A DNA stretch of 64,000 bases from the NCBI GenBank assembly GCA_017987115.1, contig JAGNUG010000005.1, forward strand, positions 669 to 64,668, given 5' to 3'. Shown here piece after piece: positions 14,732 to 22,622 of the stretch; the first letter of the stretch is position 1; each line of letters begins with the position of its first letter. Source of the stretch: Flavobacteriales bacterium (GTDB taxonomy: Bacteria; Bacteroidota; Bacteroidia; Flavobacteriales_F; PHOS-HE28). The notes under the pieces were generated by a model. That model was not told where the DNA came from. It was given only the letters and a program-made list of their open reading frames with translations, and searched no databases. The translations under genes were made by a program, and so were the position numbers.

Positions 14732-15355
14732 ATGACACTTAAGCAAACTGTCCTATCCCTTGCGTTTGGCTTAATTACGGTGCATGTGAGTGGGCAAGCG
14801 CTAATGGACTACTTTCTGCCAGACTCGACAAAAAATAAGGCCAGCTTTTATACACCGGATAAAAATGGTTTGCGGTCAAGCATTACTAGAACAATTTATT
14901 ACATAAACAAAGGCGGAGAATACGAAATAATAGACTCTCAATCGCTTAAGGGGCAGCCTTCTGCAATTCAAACCACCACTGTTAAGTTTGTAGATAACGA
15001 AGTACGAATGATTAAGGCCGTTTCTACAACTATGCTTGAAAAGAATAAGAAGTCGGACTTTAATCCACATCGGGTGATTTTTAAAATGCCGCCTTCAGGT
15101 AAGACGGTTTCTTGGACTTTCGTGAACGTCTCGGGGGACAACATTACATGCACTGCCAGTTGGACTACGGTGTCGATAGACGGCTCGCCGCAACCTGCAA
15201 TTCAAGTGGTAAAGCAATACGAAGGATTTTCATCAAAAATCATTGAGTACTACGTAAAAGGTTTTGGACTTTGGAAAACTGACATGGAAGAAGCCGCAGG
15301 CCGGGCACAACCGTCAGAAATATTTGACGGCTTGAGCTACGAAGCAGATAGATAA
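14732..15355 (+). CDS. Secreted hypothetical protein
   Basis: 207 aa from ATG 14732. The track ORF starts inside the repeat at 14687. Signal peptide 'LSLAFGLITVHVSGQA'. Confidence 0.55.
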   Translation: MTLKQTVLSLAFGLITVHVSGQALMDYFLPDSTKNKASFYTPDKNGLRSSITRTIYYINKGGEYEIIDSQSLKGQPSAIQTTTVKFVDNEVRMIKAVSTTMLEKNKKSDFNPHRVIFKMPPSGKTVSWTFVNVSGDNITCTASWTTVSIDGSPQPAIQVVKQYEGFSSKIIEYYVKGFGLWKTDMEEAAGRAQPSEIFDGLSYEADR

Positions 15356-15366
15356 ATTGCCCCCTC

Positions 15367-15594
15367 ATGAAACGGACGAAGAGTGAAATTATTAAGGAGC
15401 TGAATCAGACCCAAAACGTCTTGGACAGATTGACTATGGAAATCGGTCAGAGCTATGCAAGAGCCTCCTTGTCCCATAGCAACGAGCAGATTGCAGCTAT
15501 CAATCAGAAAGTCGCCACCTTTAAGAAAGCAGAAGCGCAACTTAGAGTTCTTGAAGAGGAACTAGCCAATACTTTGGATGACGGCGGTGCATAA
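15367..15594 (+). CDS. Small coiled-coil protein (second gene of a two-gene cassette)
   Basis: 75 aa with heptad-like helical sequence. Starts 11 nt after the preceding stop. Its own stop lies inside the R'' of the next site. Confidence 0.45.
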   Translation: MKRTKSEIIKELNQTQNVLDRLTMEIGQSYARASLSHSNEQIAAINQKVATFKKAEAQLRVLEEELANTLDDGGA

Positions 15595-15712
15595 CATGCA
15601 CTTGCCGGAAACCGCCCTCGTCCCTGTGCCAACTCCCGTTGAAGCATGATAACTTCTTCCAGGAACAAGATCACGAACGGCTGCCTGCGGCAAGCGCAGG
15701 CCCGTTTTGTGT
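15588..15712 (+). repeat. Class A attC-like site, copy 5
   Basis: TGCATAAC-atgcactt-GCCGGAAACCGCC...CGGCTGCCTGCGGCAAGCGCAGGCCC-GTTTTGT. R'' TGCATAA is exactly complementary to the cassette start at 14704-14710. Confidence 0.8.
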
Positions 15713-15721
15713 AATTGAAAA

Positions 15722-16237
15722 ATGCAAGAGCTGAGCAAATTGACATATAAGATTGCAGGTTTTCCAGAACTTCACATGCTCAACTCAGATGAGTTCGTGG
15801 ACTGGGCGCTTGAGATGCTTGAACTTGGCTATGAGTCCGAATCATTATACATGCTTGCAGGAGTGTCAAAGCCAACAGATTATTACGAATCAAGCCCGTT
15901 GGTCAGAAGTGCGTTTGACGAACTCGGACTAAAAACTCGTAGTGGTCGAGATGCAATATTGAGTTATTGCTATGTCTCTGTCAGCGAATTGGCAAATGAA
16001 ATAGAGACGAAGAAAAATTTAAGTTTCTTAACTAAGTTCTGTATTGCAATGAACTATCAACAGGACATCTATCCTTTCTATCTCTTGCACTTTGAACTCG
16101 AAAACATCGATGAAGGAATCGTAAGCGGTTGTTACTGGGAAACAGCGACACCCGAAAATATTAAGGAAACGATAAAGAAGGTCGCTTCTGAGTGGTTAGT
16201 AACGAATAAGGAACACTACACGCAACAAAGTATATAG
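15722..16237 (+). CDS. Hypothetical protein
   Basis: 171-aa ATG ORF, cytoplasmic by composition. Confidence 0.55.
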   Translation: MQELSKLTYKIAGFPELHMLNSDEFVDWALEMLELGYESESLYMLAGVSKPTDYYESSPLVRSAFDELGLKTRSGRDAILSYCYVSVSELANEIETKKNLSFLTKFCIAMNYQQDIYPFYLLHFELENIDEGIVSGCYWETATPENIKETIKKVASEWLVTNKEHYTQQSI

Positions 16238-16272
16238 CGCATGAAAAGCGCCATACACAGACCGTTAGCGGT
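16221..16272 (+). repeat. Very short attC-like site overlapping the CDS 3' end
   Basis: CGCAAC (16221-16226) ... small hairpin gcgc-atgaaaa-gcgc ... GTTAGCG (16264-16270). Confidence 0.45.
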
Positions 16273-16280
16273 CATTGACA

Positions 16281-16793
16281 ATGCGATTACCCTACGCCAT
16301 AATGATGATAGCCTTGATATATGGCTATTCATGTACAACACATGATGGTGCGAACATCACGGATCAGTTGACCGATATGAGTGGCATGGATACAGCTGTC
16401 ACGATGATAAGAAAGGCGGATACATTGACCGACTCCGACCTGATCAGAAAATGGACATGGAATGATCCGCCAATGAATGTTCCCGAAAAGAGCTCGATTT
16501 CAAATGAGAACTTTTCAAAGGACTTGCTCTTCCGAACTTGGACTTGGAGCGATAGACATTTGAATGAAGCGGTTTTGACTTTCACAATCGATTCGCTTGA
16601 GATACACAACGAAGCGAAGTATGTTTATTCTATCAACTTTGATTCTCTACGCGTCTTTACCTCATATGACAAGCCAGGGGATAGCTACTCGAGAGGTATG
16701 ATCAAGAAGCTAACGGAAGATACTCTGGTGATTAAATGGAGCACCGATGACGTGAATGGGTATGTACCACTGAAAAAAGTAGACGACCATTAA
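16281..16793 (+). CDS. Hypothetical lipoprotein
   Basis: 170 aa from ATG 16281 with lipobox-like 'ALIYGYSCTT'. Confidence 0.55.
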   Translation: MRLPYAIMMIALIYGYSCTTHDGANITDQLTDMSGMDTAVTMIRKADTLTDSDLIRKWTWNDPPMNVPEKSSISNENFSKDLLFRTWTWSDRHLNEAVLTFTIDSLEIHNEAKYVYSINFDSLRVFTSYDKPGDSYSRGMIKKLTEDTLVIKWSTDDVNGYVPLKKVDDH

Positions 16794-16904
16794 CATGCGC
16801 AAGCCGCCCTCGTCCCGGTGCCAACTCCCGTTGAAGCGATGATAACTTCGTCCAAGAACAAGATCACGAAATCGGCCTGCGGCAAGAGCAGGCCCGTTGT
16901 GCGC
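16785..16904 (+). repeat. Class A attC-like site, copy 6 (shortened left arm)
   Basis: GACCATTAAC-atgc-GCAAGCCGCC...CGGCCTGCGGCAAGAGCAGGCCC-GTTGTGC. R'' is complementary to the cassette start at 16265-16273 in 7 of 9 positions. Confidence 0.75.
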
Positions 16905-16907
16905 AAT

Positions 16908-18296
16908 ATGAAAAAAATGAAACTGACACTTTGGACACTGACAATTATCGGACTGACCAATATTCTGATAACAAGCTGTGGGACTGACCAAGGAGACACA
17001 GAAAGAACTCCCGAAAAAATTGAATTCCCGACTGTTGACTACGCGATCAGTCCAACGGCTGACACGACATTATTCGGTCCCCAAGGGACGAGAATATTTA
17101 TCGGTTCTGGGTCATTCCGATTTGCTGACGGCAGTTCCGCAACGGACTCAATCAAAATTGAATTAAAAGAGTTTTACAATAAGTCCGACATTATCCTATC
17201 AAACCTTTCGACAAGCTCAGGGGACAGACTACTTGAAACAGCAGGCATGATTCAGATAGACGCATCGTCCAGTGGACAAAAACTCGAAATCCAAGAGGAT
17301 AAGAGAATTGTTATCCACTTCCCAAAGAAGAGAAACGACTACAGAAAAATGAACCTCTTCCATGCGGACGATAACGCAACAGATTCATCAGTAACAAGTT
17401 GGGAAGTGGACACTACAAAACTTACCAAGAAAACGCTTGAATTAGGTTCTTACGGATGGTATTGGCCTTCCCAAGATGATTCAACGGATTATTCCTTCAT
17501 ACCTAAAAACTACGTTGATACAGGCTACTACTGGAATCCCATTGACTTGTATGTAAATGCATACGATTTCTCGGAACAAGCGAAAAGGGAAATTGAATCG
17601 AATGTGTATCAGGAGGGTGTTGAGGTTCAAACTGATAACAATAGAATCGGTGTAGAATGCCTAATGCACATTACGAAAAACGGCAGGATCACCAAAGCAA
17701 CGGTTAATTCAAATGTTTCAAATAATGTCAAGGAGGAATTGCTCAGTTTTCTTAAAAACCTTCCCCTCTTGGAGCCCGGCAAAAACAAACATGGTGACAT
17801 CATTGAAAGGAGAGGATTTCTTCACATCACCGGAGGGAATGTGGTCCCTCTTTACAATACAGATGCAGAGTATATTCAATCATTTGACAGCAAATACTCG
17901 CAATTTGAGAGAACCCCAATTAGAAACATGGATGACGCAGAACTCAATTATTATATTTTCAGCGTTTCCAAACTCGGTTGGATAAATTGTGACCGATTCA
18001 TTGACACAGAAGAAAATATTAACATGTTGGTCCAAACACCCGTTGATGCTAACACCAAAATAAAAATGGCATTCAGCGACATTGACGGTGTACTCATGGC
18101 TGACATAATTGATGGCAAGTATGTTTTTTCCAATGTTCCCAAAGGACGAGAAGTGACAATCATAGGTATCAGAAACGACAACGGTCTGTTCTCGACCGCT
18201 TTCAAAGAAACAACTATAACAGACAGACCTCTGGACTACCTGTCATTTACCGAGATAACTTTAGCGCACTTAAGAGAAAAACTTGAAAAAATATAA
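16908..18296 (+). CDS. Large hypothetical lipoprotein
   Basis: 462 aa from ATG 16908. The upstream part of the track ORF runs through the attC site. Lipobox 'GLTNILITSCG'. Confidence 0.65.
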   Translation: MKKMKLTLWTLTIIGLTNILITSCGTDQGDTERTPEKIEFPTVDYAISPTADTTLFGPQGTRIFIGSGSFRFADGSSATDSIKIELKEFYNKSDIILSNLSTSSGDRLLETAGMIQIDASSSGQKLEIQEDKRIVIHFPKKRNDYRKMNLFHADDNATDSSVTSWEVDTTKLTKKTLELGSYGWYWPSQDDSTDYSFIPKNYVDTGYYWNPIDLYVNAYDFSEQAKREIESNVYQEGVEVQTDNNRIGVECLMHITKNGRITKATVNSNVSNNVKEELLSFLKNLPLLEPGKNKHGDIIERRGFLHITGGNVVPLYNTDAEYIQSFDSKYSQFERTPIRNMDDAELNYYIFSVSKLGWINCDRFIDTEENINMLVQTPVDANTKIKMAFSDIDGVLMADIIDGKYVFSNVPKGREVTIIGIRNDNGLFSTAFKETTITDRPLDYLSFTEITLAHLREKLEKI

Positions 18297-18306
18297 TTAG
18301 AAATAC

Positions 18307-18813
18307 TGCGCACGATCGAGTAGGCGGCCCCGCCGCTAATTAGCGACGGGGTGCGCCGCTCACACCACTGTACCCTTCGGCTTCGCTCTGGGTAAACCAA
18401 GCGGGTCTCGTATACAGCGGTTCGTTAAGGTGTGGAGCTTCGATGTGGTAGTGAATGCACACGGCTTCGTAGCCGCATAACGGATCTGGTACCGGGCAAG
18501 TTCTACTCGTTCCGCGTAACCGCCCTCGGTCGTATCGGGGAAGCTTACACTGCGAGCGATGTGGTAAGTGGCCGTGCCGCGTAAGCGACCACGCAACTTC
18601 TTCTTCACTAGCATCCGCCCCGGTCCCGCAAAGGCCGGGGCGGGGTGCGTTAAGGGGGTGCGTATGAACCGGTGAAGTTTCTATCTTGGTGGGCCGGTTG
18701 TTATCAAACGCTATTGGGCTTTACATGCCCCACTAGTGAACTAGAAACCACCCCAAGCACGAATCAAGTCCGGAAATGAATGCTACCGTTGTTACAACCG
18801 ACTAGTTGTCAGT
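18307..18813 (+). repeat. Class B composite repeat, copy B7
   Basis: Starts TGCGCACGAT-CGAGTAGG, complementary to the cassette start at 16897-16905 in 8 of 9 positions. Mosaic of B2-like features (TAA stop, AYT insertion) and a B4-like patch (gaatgcacacgg). Ends actaG|TTGTCAG. Confidence 0.85.
18429..18584 (+). pseudogene. Start-less FN3 C-terminal fragment inside B7
   Basis: 51 codons plus TAA. Same GP>AYT in-frame insertion as B2. Confidence 0.65.
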
Positions 18814-18819
18814 AATTAA

Positions 18820-19320
18820 ATGAGATTAATATTTAAAATATTAAAGCGGGTGTTGTTTGTAATAACCTTACAAGTGGTGACATTTAATTTAATTGGCAAA
18901 AATGTTCTTAACTATCTTGATTTGGAGATAAACCAAAATGCAATTGATCGAGATAGGACTATACAAATAAGAGATGGGCATTATTCGGCATGGCACTGTC
19001 TTGGTACAGATCCATTTCAATACACAAAGCTAGGTTTAGAGAGATTTAAATTAGCTCAAATATTGCAAGCTGATACAAGTAAAATCCAACTTTTCACATG
19101 TGACTCATCTTGCTTCATTGATGACATACCAAGACCGGATGGTAACTTACTTGATTACAACGTGCATGTTGGATCGTGGGAGGACTATTATAATTGTTTC
19201 ACAATATCAATATTCAAGATGCAAATAAGTCCAAATTATACCCATTGCAAAAGTACAAAGTACGTATGGCTCCTTTTTGGATGGATTAAATATAAGACAA
19301 TTGATTATACAGATAAATAA
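18820..19320 (+). CDS. Hypothetical protein with an N-terminal hydrophobic segment
   Basis: 166 aa. 'VLFVITLQVVTFNLIG' is a signal-anchor-like helix. Confidence 0.5.
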   Translation: MRLIFKILKRVLFVITLQVVTFNLIGKNVLNYLDLEINQNAIDRDRTIQIRDGHYSAWHCLGTDPFQYTKLGLERFKLAQILQADTSKIQLFTCDSSCFIDDIPRPDGNLLDYNVHVGSWEDYYNCFTISIFKMQISPNYTHCKSTKYVWLLFGWIKYKTIDYTDK

Positions 19321-19325
19321 ATAAC

Positions 19326-19399
19326 TACTGACAACGTGATGTATACATCAAATGACCGCGAAGCGGAATCATTCGCTGCATACATGCAGCGTTACCTGC
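19326..19399 (+). repeat. Short attC-like site (~74 bp)
   Basis: TACTGACAAC-gtgATGTATaCA ... tgcATGTATgCAgc-GTTACCT. R'' is exactly complementary to the cassette start at 18806-18814. Confidence 0.75.
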
Positions 19400-19416
19400 A
19401 AGCTCAAACAACGAGA

Positions 19417-19872
19417 ATGAAACAAACCAAGACGATAACACTAATAGCTTTATTATGGGGTTGTGAATACCAACCAAAGCCAGTTGAGAAAAGTGATAAT
19501 GGGCCATTAGTAGACCACACAAACAAAGGACAAACTGATAAGTTCAAAACACACGAAAAACTTATTGAGTGCAACACGCAATACGTTATGGAGGACGGAG
19601 AGGAAGCCTCTGGGTATCACGAAGACTATGAAAATTTTATCAAAGACTATTTTCAAGAAAGACAAAAGGGTGACACTCTAATTATTTCAACTTTAATTGA
19701 AGTCAATGCATGTGGTGAGACAATTGGAGATATTGAGTATTTGGGAGACACTTTGTATTTAAAATCAAGACAGATAGCAGACGAGGTTTGCGCCTCGACA
19801 ATGTTTGAAACATTTACTTACAAAATTCATAATCCAGACAAGAAAAAGTATGAAATACAAAGCGAGAGATAG
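19417..19872 (+). CDS. Hypothetical lipoprotein
   Basis: 151 aa from ATG 19417. The track ORF start at 19336 lies inside the attC site. Lipobox 'LIALLWGCEY'. Confidence 0.55.
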   Translation: MKQTKTITLIALLWGCEYQPKPVEKSDNGPLVDHTNKGQTDKFKTHEKLIECNTQYVMEDGEEASGYHEDYENFIKDYFQERQKGDTLIISTLIEVNACGETIGDIEYLGDTLYLKSRQIADEVCASTMFETFTYKIHNPDKKKYEIQSER

Positions 19873-19879
19873 AAAGCCA

Positions 19880-20003
19880 GCAGGTAACTTGCGTTTCGCA
19901 AACTGCCCTCGTCCCGCTGACAACTCCCGTTGAAGTGATGAACACTTCGTCCAAGAACAAGATCACGAAATCGGCCTGCGGCACGCGCAGGCCCGTTAGC
20001 AGC
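19880..20003 (+). repeat. Class A attC-like site, copy 7
   Basis: GCAGGTAAC-ttgcgtttcgcaaactgccc...CGGCCTGCGGCACGCGCAGGCCC-GTTAGCA. R'' is exactly complementary to the cassette start at 19392-19399. Confidence 0.8.
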
Positions 20004-20019
20004 AATCAAATTTTAACCC

Positions 20020-21303
20020 ATGACACGAGTATTTTTCTTTTTGATATTTCTTGGACTACTAACCCAATGCAAGACAAAGGAGGAAGCCATGACTATGCCT
20101 GCCGAGTGGGAAAAACAAGACGCCGTTCTGCTAACATATACAGAAGACCCAAACGACTCACTTACGTCCTTTGGAGTTCGCTCGACCTGCGACGAATTAA
20201 TTGATGTAATTGCGAAAAGAATGAAAATCTACGTATTGATCAACGAAGACTGGAATTCAGACTCTTTAACCAGCATTTTTAATGATCGAGGCTTTAACAC
20301 TAATAATATTGAGTTGATCAAAGTAAATGAATTGTTCTCAATGGGGGTAGCTCGTGACTATGGGCCACTCGTGATTAGAAATCAAAGTGGACAAAGAAAG
20401 CTTCTTAAATTCAACTGGGACTACGTCGGGGCGGATATGCTTGATCCTGATACAAGCTGGACAAATTGGAAAAACGAAGTCCGCAGAAAATATTTTGAGC
20501 AGATAAGTAAACTACTTAAAATGGACATTGTTGAGTCGGAGTTAACTATTGAAGGAGGAGAGATTGAACTCAATGGACAAGGCACAGCGCTTTTGGTAGA
20601 ATCATTTACAAAACCAAGACATCCAAAAATGGACATTGGTAAGTTTGGAAGTTCATTAGAACTTTCACTAGGAGTGTCAAACATTATCTGGCTAAAAGAA
20701 GGCATTGCTGAAGACCCTTCTAGTCTTCAATCATACGTCATAAGCAAAAACATCTATGGTTTTGGCGTAGGCGGCCATGTTGACGAGTTCGCAAGATTTG
20801 CCGACTCAAACACGATTTTACTGACTGTTCCCGACTCTGTCGAAGCTACCATGGATCCGGTAAAAAAAATCAACTATGAGAGAATGAATAGAAACTTTGA
20901 TATTCTTTCAAACTCAAAAGATCAAAATGGAGATACCTTCAAGATAATCAAAGTCCCAATGCCTGACATCTTAGCGGATACATTCGTTATTGACACTACA
21001 AGAAATCAAAGACTGCAAATTAGGAGTATAATGAGAAAGAACCCACACTTGGAACAAGGGGACACCATACATTTTCTTCCCGCAGTTAGTTATTTGAACT
21101 ATATCGTTCTGAATGACATAGTAATCATTCCAAAATACTGGGTACAAGGGTTTCCGGAAAGTACAAAAAGGAAAGATGATGAAGTTAAAGAACTGTTTCA
21201 AAGTCTTTATCCCAAAAAAGATATTGTGCAACTTAATCCTTTAGGACTTAACTATGCAGGAGGTGGATTTCATTGTTGGACACAGCAGATATCATATAAC
21301 TAA
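20020..21303 (+). CDS. Agmatine deiminase / Porphyromonas-type peptidyl-arginine deiminase family lipoprotein
   Basis: 427 aa. N-terminal 'PAEWEKQDAVLLTY' and C-terminal 'GGGFHCWTQQ' (catalytic Cys) match the family signature. Lipobox 'LGLLTQCK'. Last cassette of the array. Confidence 0.8.
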   Translation: MTRVFFFLIFLGLLTQCKTKEEAMTMPAEWEKQDAVLLTYTEDPNDSLTSFGVRSTCDELIDVIAKRMKIYVLINEDWNSDSLTSIFNDRGFNTNNIELIKVNELFSMGVARDYGPLVIRNQSGQRKLLKFNWDYVGADMLDPDTSWTNWKNEVRRKYFEQISKLLKMDIVESELTIEGGEIELNGQGTALLVESFTKPRHPKMDIGKFGSSLELSLGVSNIIWLKEGIAEDPSSLQSYVISKNIYGFGVGGHVDEFARFADSNTILLTVPDSVEATMDPVKKINYERMNRNFDILSNSKDQNGDTFKIIKVPMPDILADTFVIDTTRNQRLQIRSIMRKNPHLEQGDTIHFLPAVSYLNYIVLNDIVIIPKYWVQGFPESTKRKDDEVKELFQSLYPKKDIVQLNPLGLNYAGGGFHCWTQQISYN

Positions 21304-21305
21304 CT

Positions 21306-21328
21306 GCCGCTAACATTATGTTGTAGTA
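21306..21328 (+). repeat. Minimal R''-R' junction closing the array
   Basis: GCCGCTAAC-attat-GTTGTAG: both boxes are only 5 nt apart, with no L boxes or stem. R'' is complementary to the cassette start at 19996-20003 in 7 of 8 positions. Core genes follow immediately. Confidence 0.6.
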
Positions 21329-21340
21329 AGTCCATTTGCG

Positions 21341-21652
21341 TTAAACGTCCTCGAAGAGTATAAGCTCTACCGCGCCATCAGACCCTACGGTCACTTTATG
21401 CGCTTCGCCCTTTTCTATCCAGAGCCCATCGCCTTGCCGATAATCTTTCAGCTCGCCATTGAAATCGATGTGCATCTTACCACTGACCACAAAGCCAACA
21501 TGCCCCTTGGTGCACCAAACATGCTCGGTGAAACCGGCGGAGAACCGGATCAGGCGTAATCTTCTTTGACCGTTGCTATGGATCTTTTGAGCAACACCCT
21601 CCATGGGGTGCTCCCAGTCCATTTGGTGGAAATGTATCAGGTGGTTCTTCAT
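21341..21652 (-). CDS. Cupin domain protein
   Basis: 103 aa. 'HVWCTKGHVGFVVSGKMHIDF...GDGLWIEKGEAHKV' fits the two cupin motifs. Confidence 0.7.
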   Translation of the reverse strand: MKNHLIHFHQMDWEHPMEGVAQKIHSNGQRRLRLIRFSAGFTEHVWCTKGHVGFVVSGKMHIDFNGELKDYRQGDGLWIEKGEAHKVTVGSDGAVELILFEDV

Positions 21653-21662
21653 AGTACAGTGT

Positions 21663-22550
21663 TCACTCCTTCGCAGCTTTCAGCGTATTCAACAGCAAAC
21701 TGGTGATGGTCATGGGCCCAACACCACCCGGTACCGGACTGATCCATGAACATTTGGGAGCGACTTCATCGAACTTAACGTCGCCCACCAGGCGGAACCC
21801 GCTTTTGCGGGAGCTATCGGGGATCCGGTGTATGCCCACATCAACCACCACAGCGCCTTCCTTGACCATATCGGCCGTAATGAATTCCGGACGACCGATC
21901 GCAGGTATCAGGATGTCTGCTTCGCGCGTTAGTGCTGCTAGGTCCTTGGTACGACTATGTGTAAGCGTTACCGTGCAATTCCCGGGATAGGCGTTGCGGC
22001 TCATTAAAATGCTCATCGGTGTGCCCACGATATTGCTACGACCGACCACCACGCAATGCTTGCCAGCGGTCTCGATGCGGTAGTGCTTCAGTAGTTCCAA
22101 TATGCCGCTGGGTGTAGCGGGCAGGAACCCAGGCAACCCCAATGTCATGTTCCCCACATTCTGCGGGTGGAACCCGTCCACATCCTTACGCGGGTCTATC
22201 GCCATGATCACATGATCAGGGTCAATGTGTGCAGGCAAGGGCAGCTGAACTATGAAACCGTCGAGCTGTTTGTCCTTATTGAGTTCTTTGATCCGCGCCA
22301 ACAATTCATACTCGTTGGTGCTGGCCGGCAGCCGGATCAAGGAACTCCGGAATCCAACACTTTCACAGGCCTTTACTTTTGCATTTACGTAAGTGGCACT
22401 GGCTCCATCATTGCCAACAAGTACGGCTGCCAAATGTGGCGCTCTCCCCCGCTTTTCATTCACTGCTCTCGCTTCTTTGGCGATCTCCTCTCGTATGGCT
22501 TTGGATGCGCGTTTTCCATCCAACAGCTGGTATGTGGCCACTTCCATCAT
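21663..22550 (-). CDS. folD: Bifunctional methylenetetrahydrofolate dehydrogenase/cyclohydrolase
   Basis: 295 aa. '[29 protein letters not shown]', '[13 protein letters not shown]' and '[11 protein letters not shown]' are hallmark FolD segments. Confidence 0.95.
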   Translation of the reverse strand: MMEVATYQLLDGKRASKAIREEIAKEARAVNEKRGRAPHLAAVLVGNDGASATYVNAKVKACESVGFRSSLIRLPASTNEYELLARIKELNKDKQLDGFIVQLPLPAHIDPDHVIMAIDPRKDVDGFHPQNVGNMTLGLPGFLPATPSGILELLKHYRIETAGKHCVVVGRSNIVGTPMSILMSRNAYPGNCTVTLTHSRTKDLAALTREADILIPAIGRPEFITADMVKEGAVVVDVGIHRIPDSSRKSGFRLVGDVKFDEVAPKCSWISPVPGGVGPMTITSLLLNTLKAAKE

Positions 22551-22622
22551 CTGGGGATGAAGATAAGAATGAAGGCCACAGTGTTAGGTGACGCATGAAA
22601 AGACCGCTGAGCTCAAGATCAA

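Larger units (their letters stand above)
1..21328 (+). mobile_element. Integron-type gene-cassette array, distal part (no intI/attI inside the window)
   Basis: About 25 co-oriented ORF+site units. Each site begins ...AAC and ends G|TT.... In at least 14 cassettes the first 8-9 nt are the reverse complement of the start of that cassette's own 3' site, e.g. 561-569 TTGTAGGTA vs 1129-1137 TACCTACAA and 18806-18814 TTGTCAGTA vs 19326-19334 TACTGACAA. ORFs are AT-rich and the sites are GC-rich. Confidence 0.8.

Noticed and set aside
5262-18813. Diversity-generating retroelement (template/variable repeats at the 3' end of the FN3 gene)
   Set aside because: No reverse transcriptase is in the window. 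The differences between copies are not adenine-specific; they are mostly C/T and G/A wobble changes plus an indel. There are eight copies rather than a TR/VR pair.
1-21328. CRISPR array (regular repeats separated by unique segments)
   Set aside because: Repeats are 50-500 bp and of several unrelated classes. The 'spacers' are 0.25-2.2 kb and protein-coding. The repeats have attC-type AAC...GTT imperfect palindromes.
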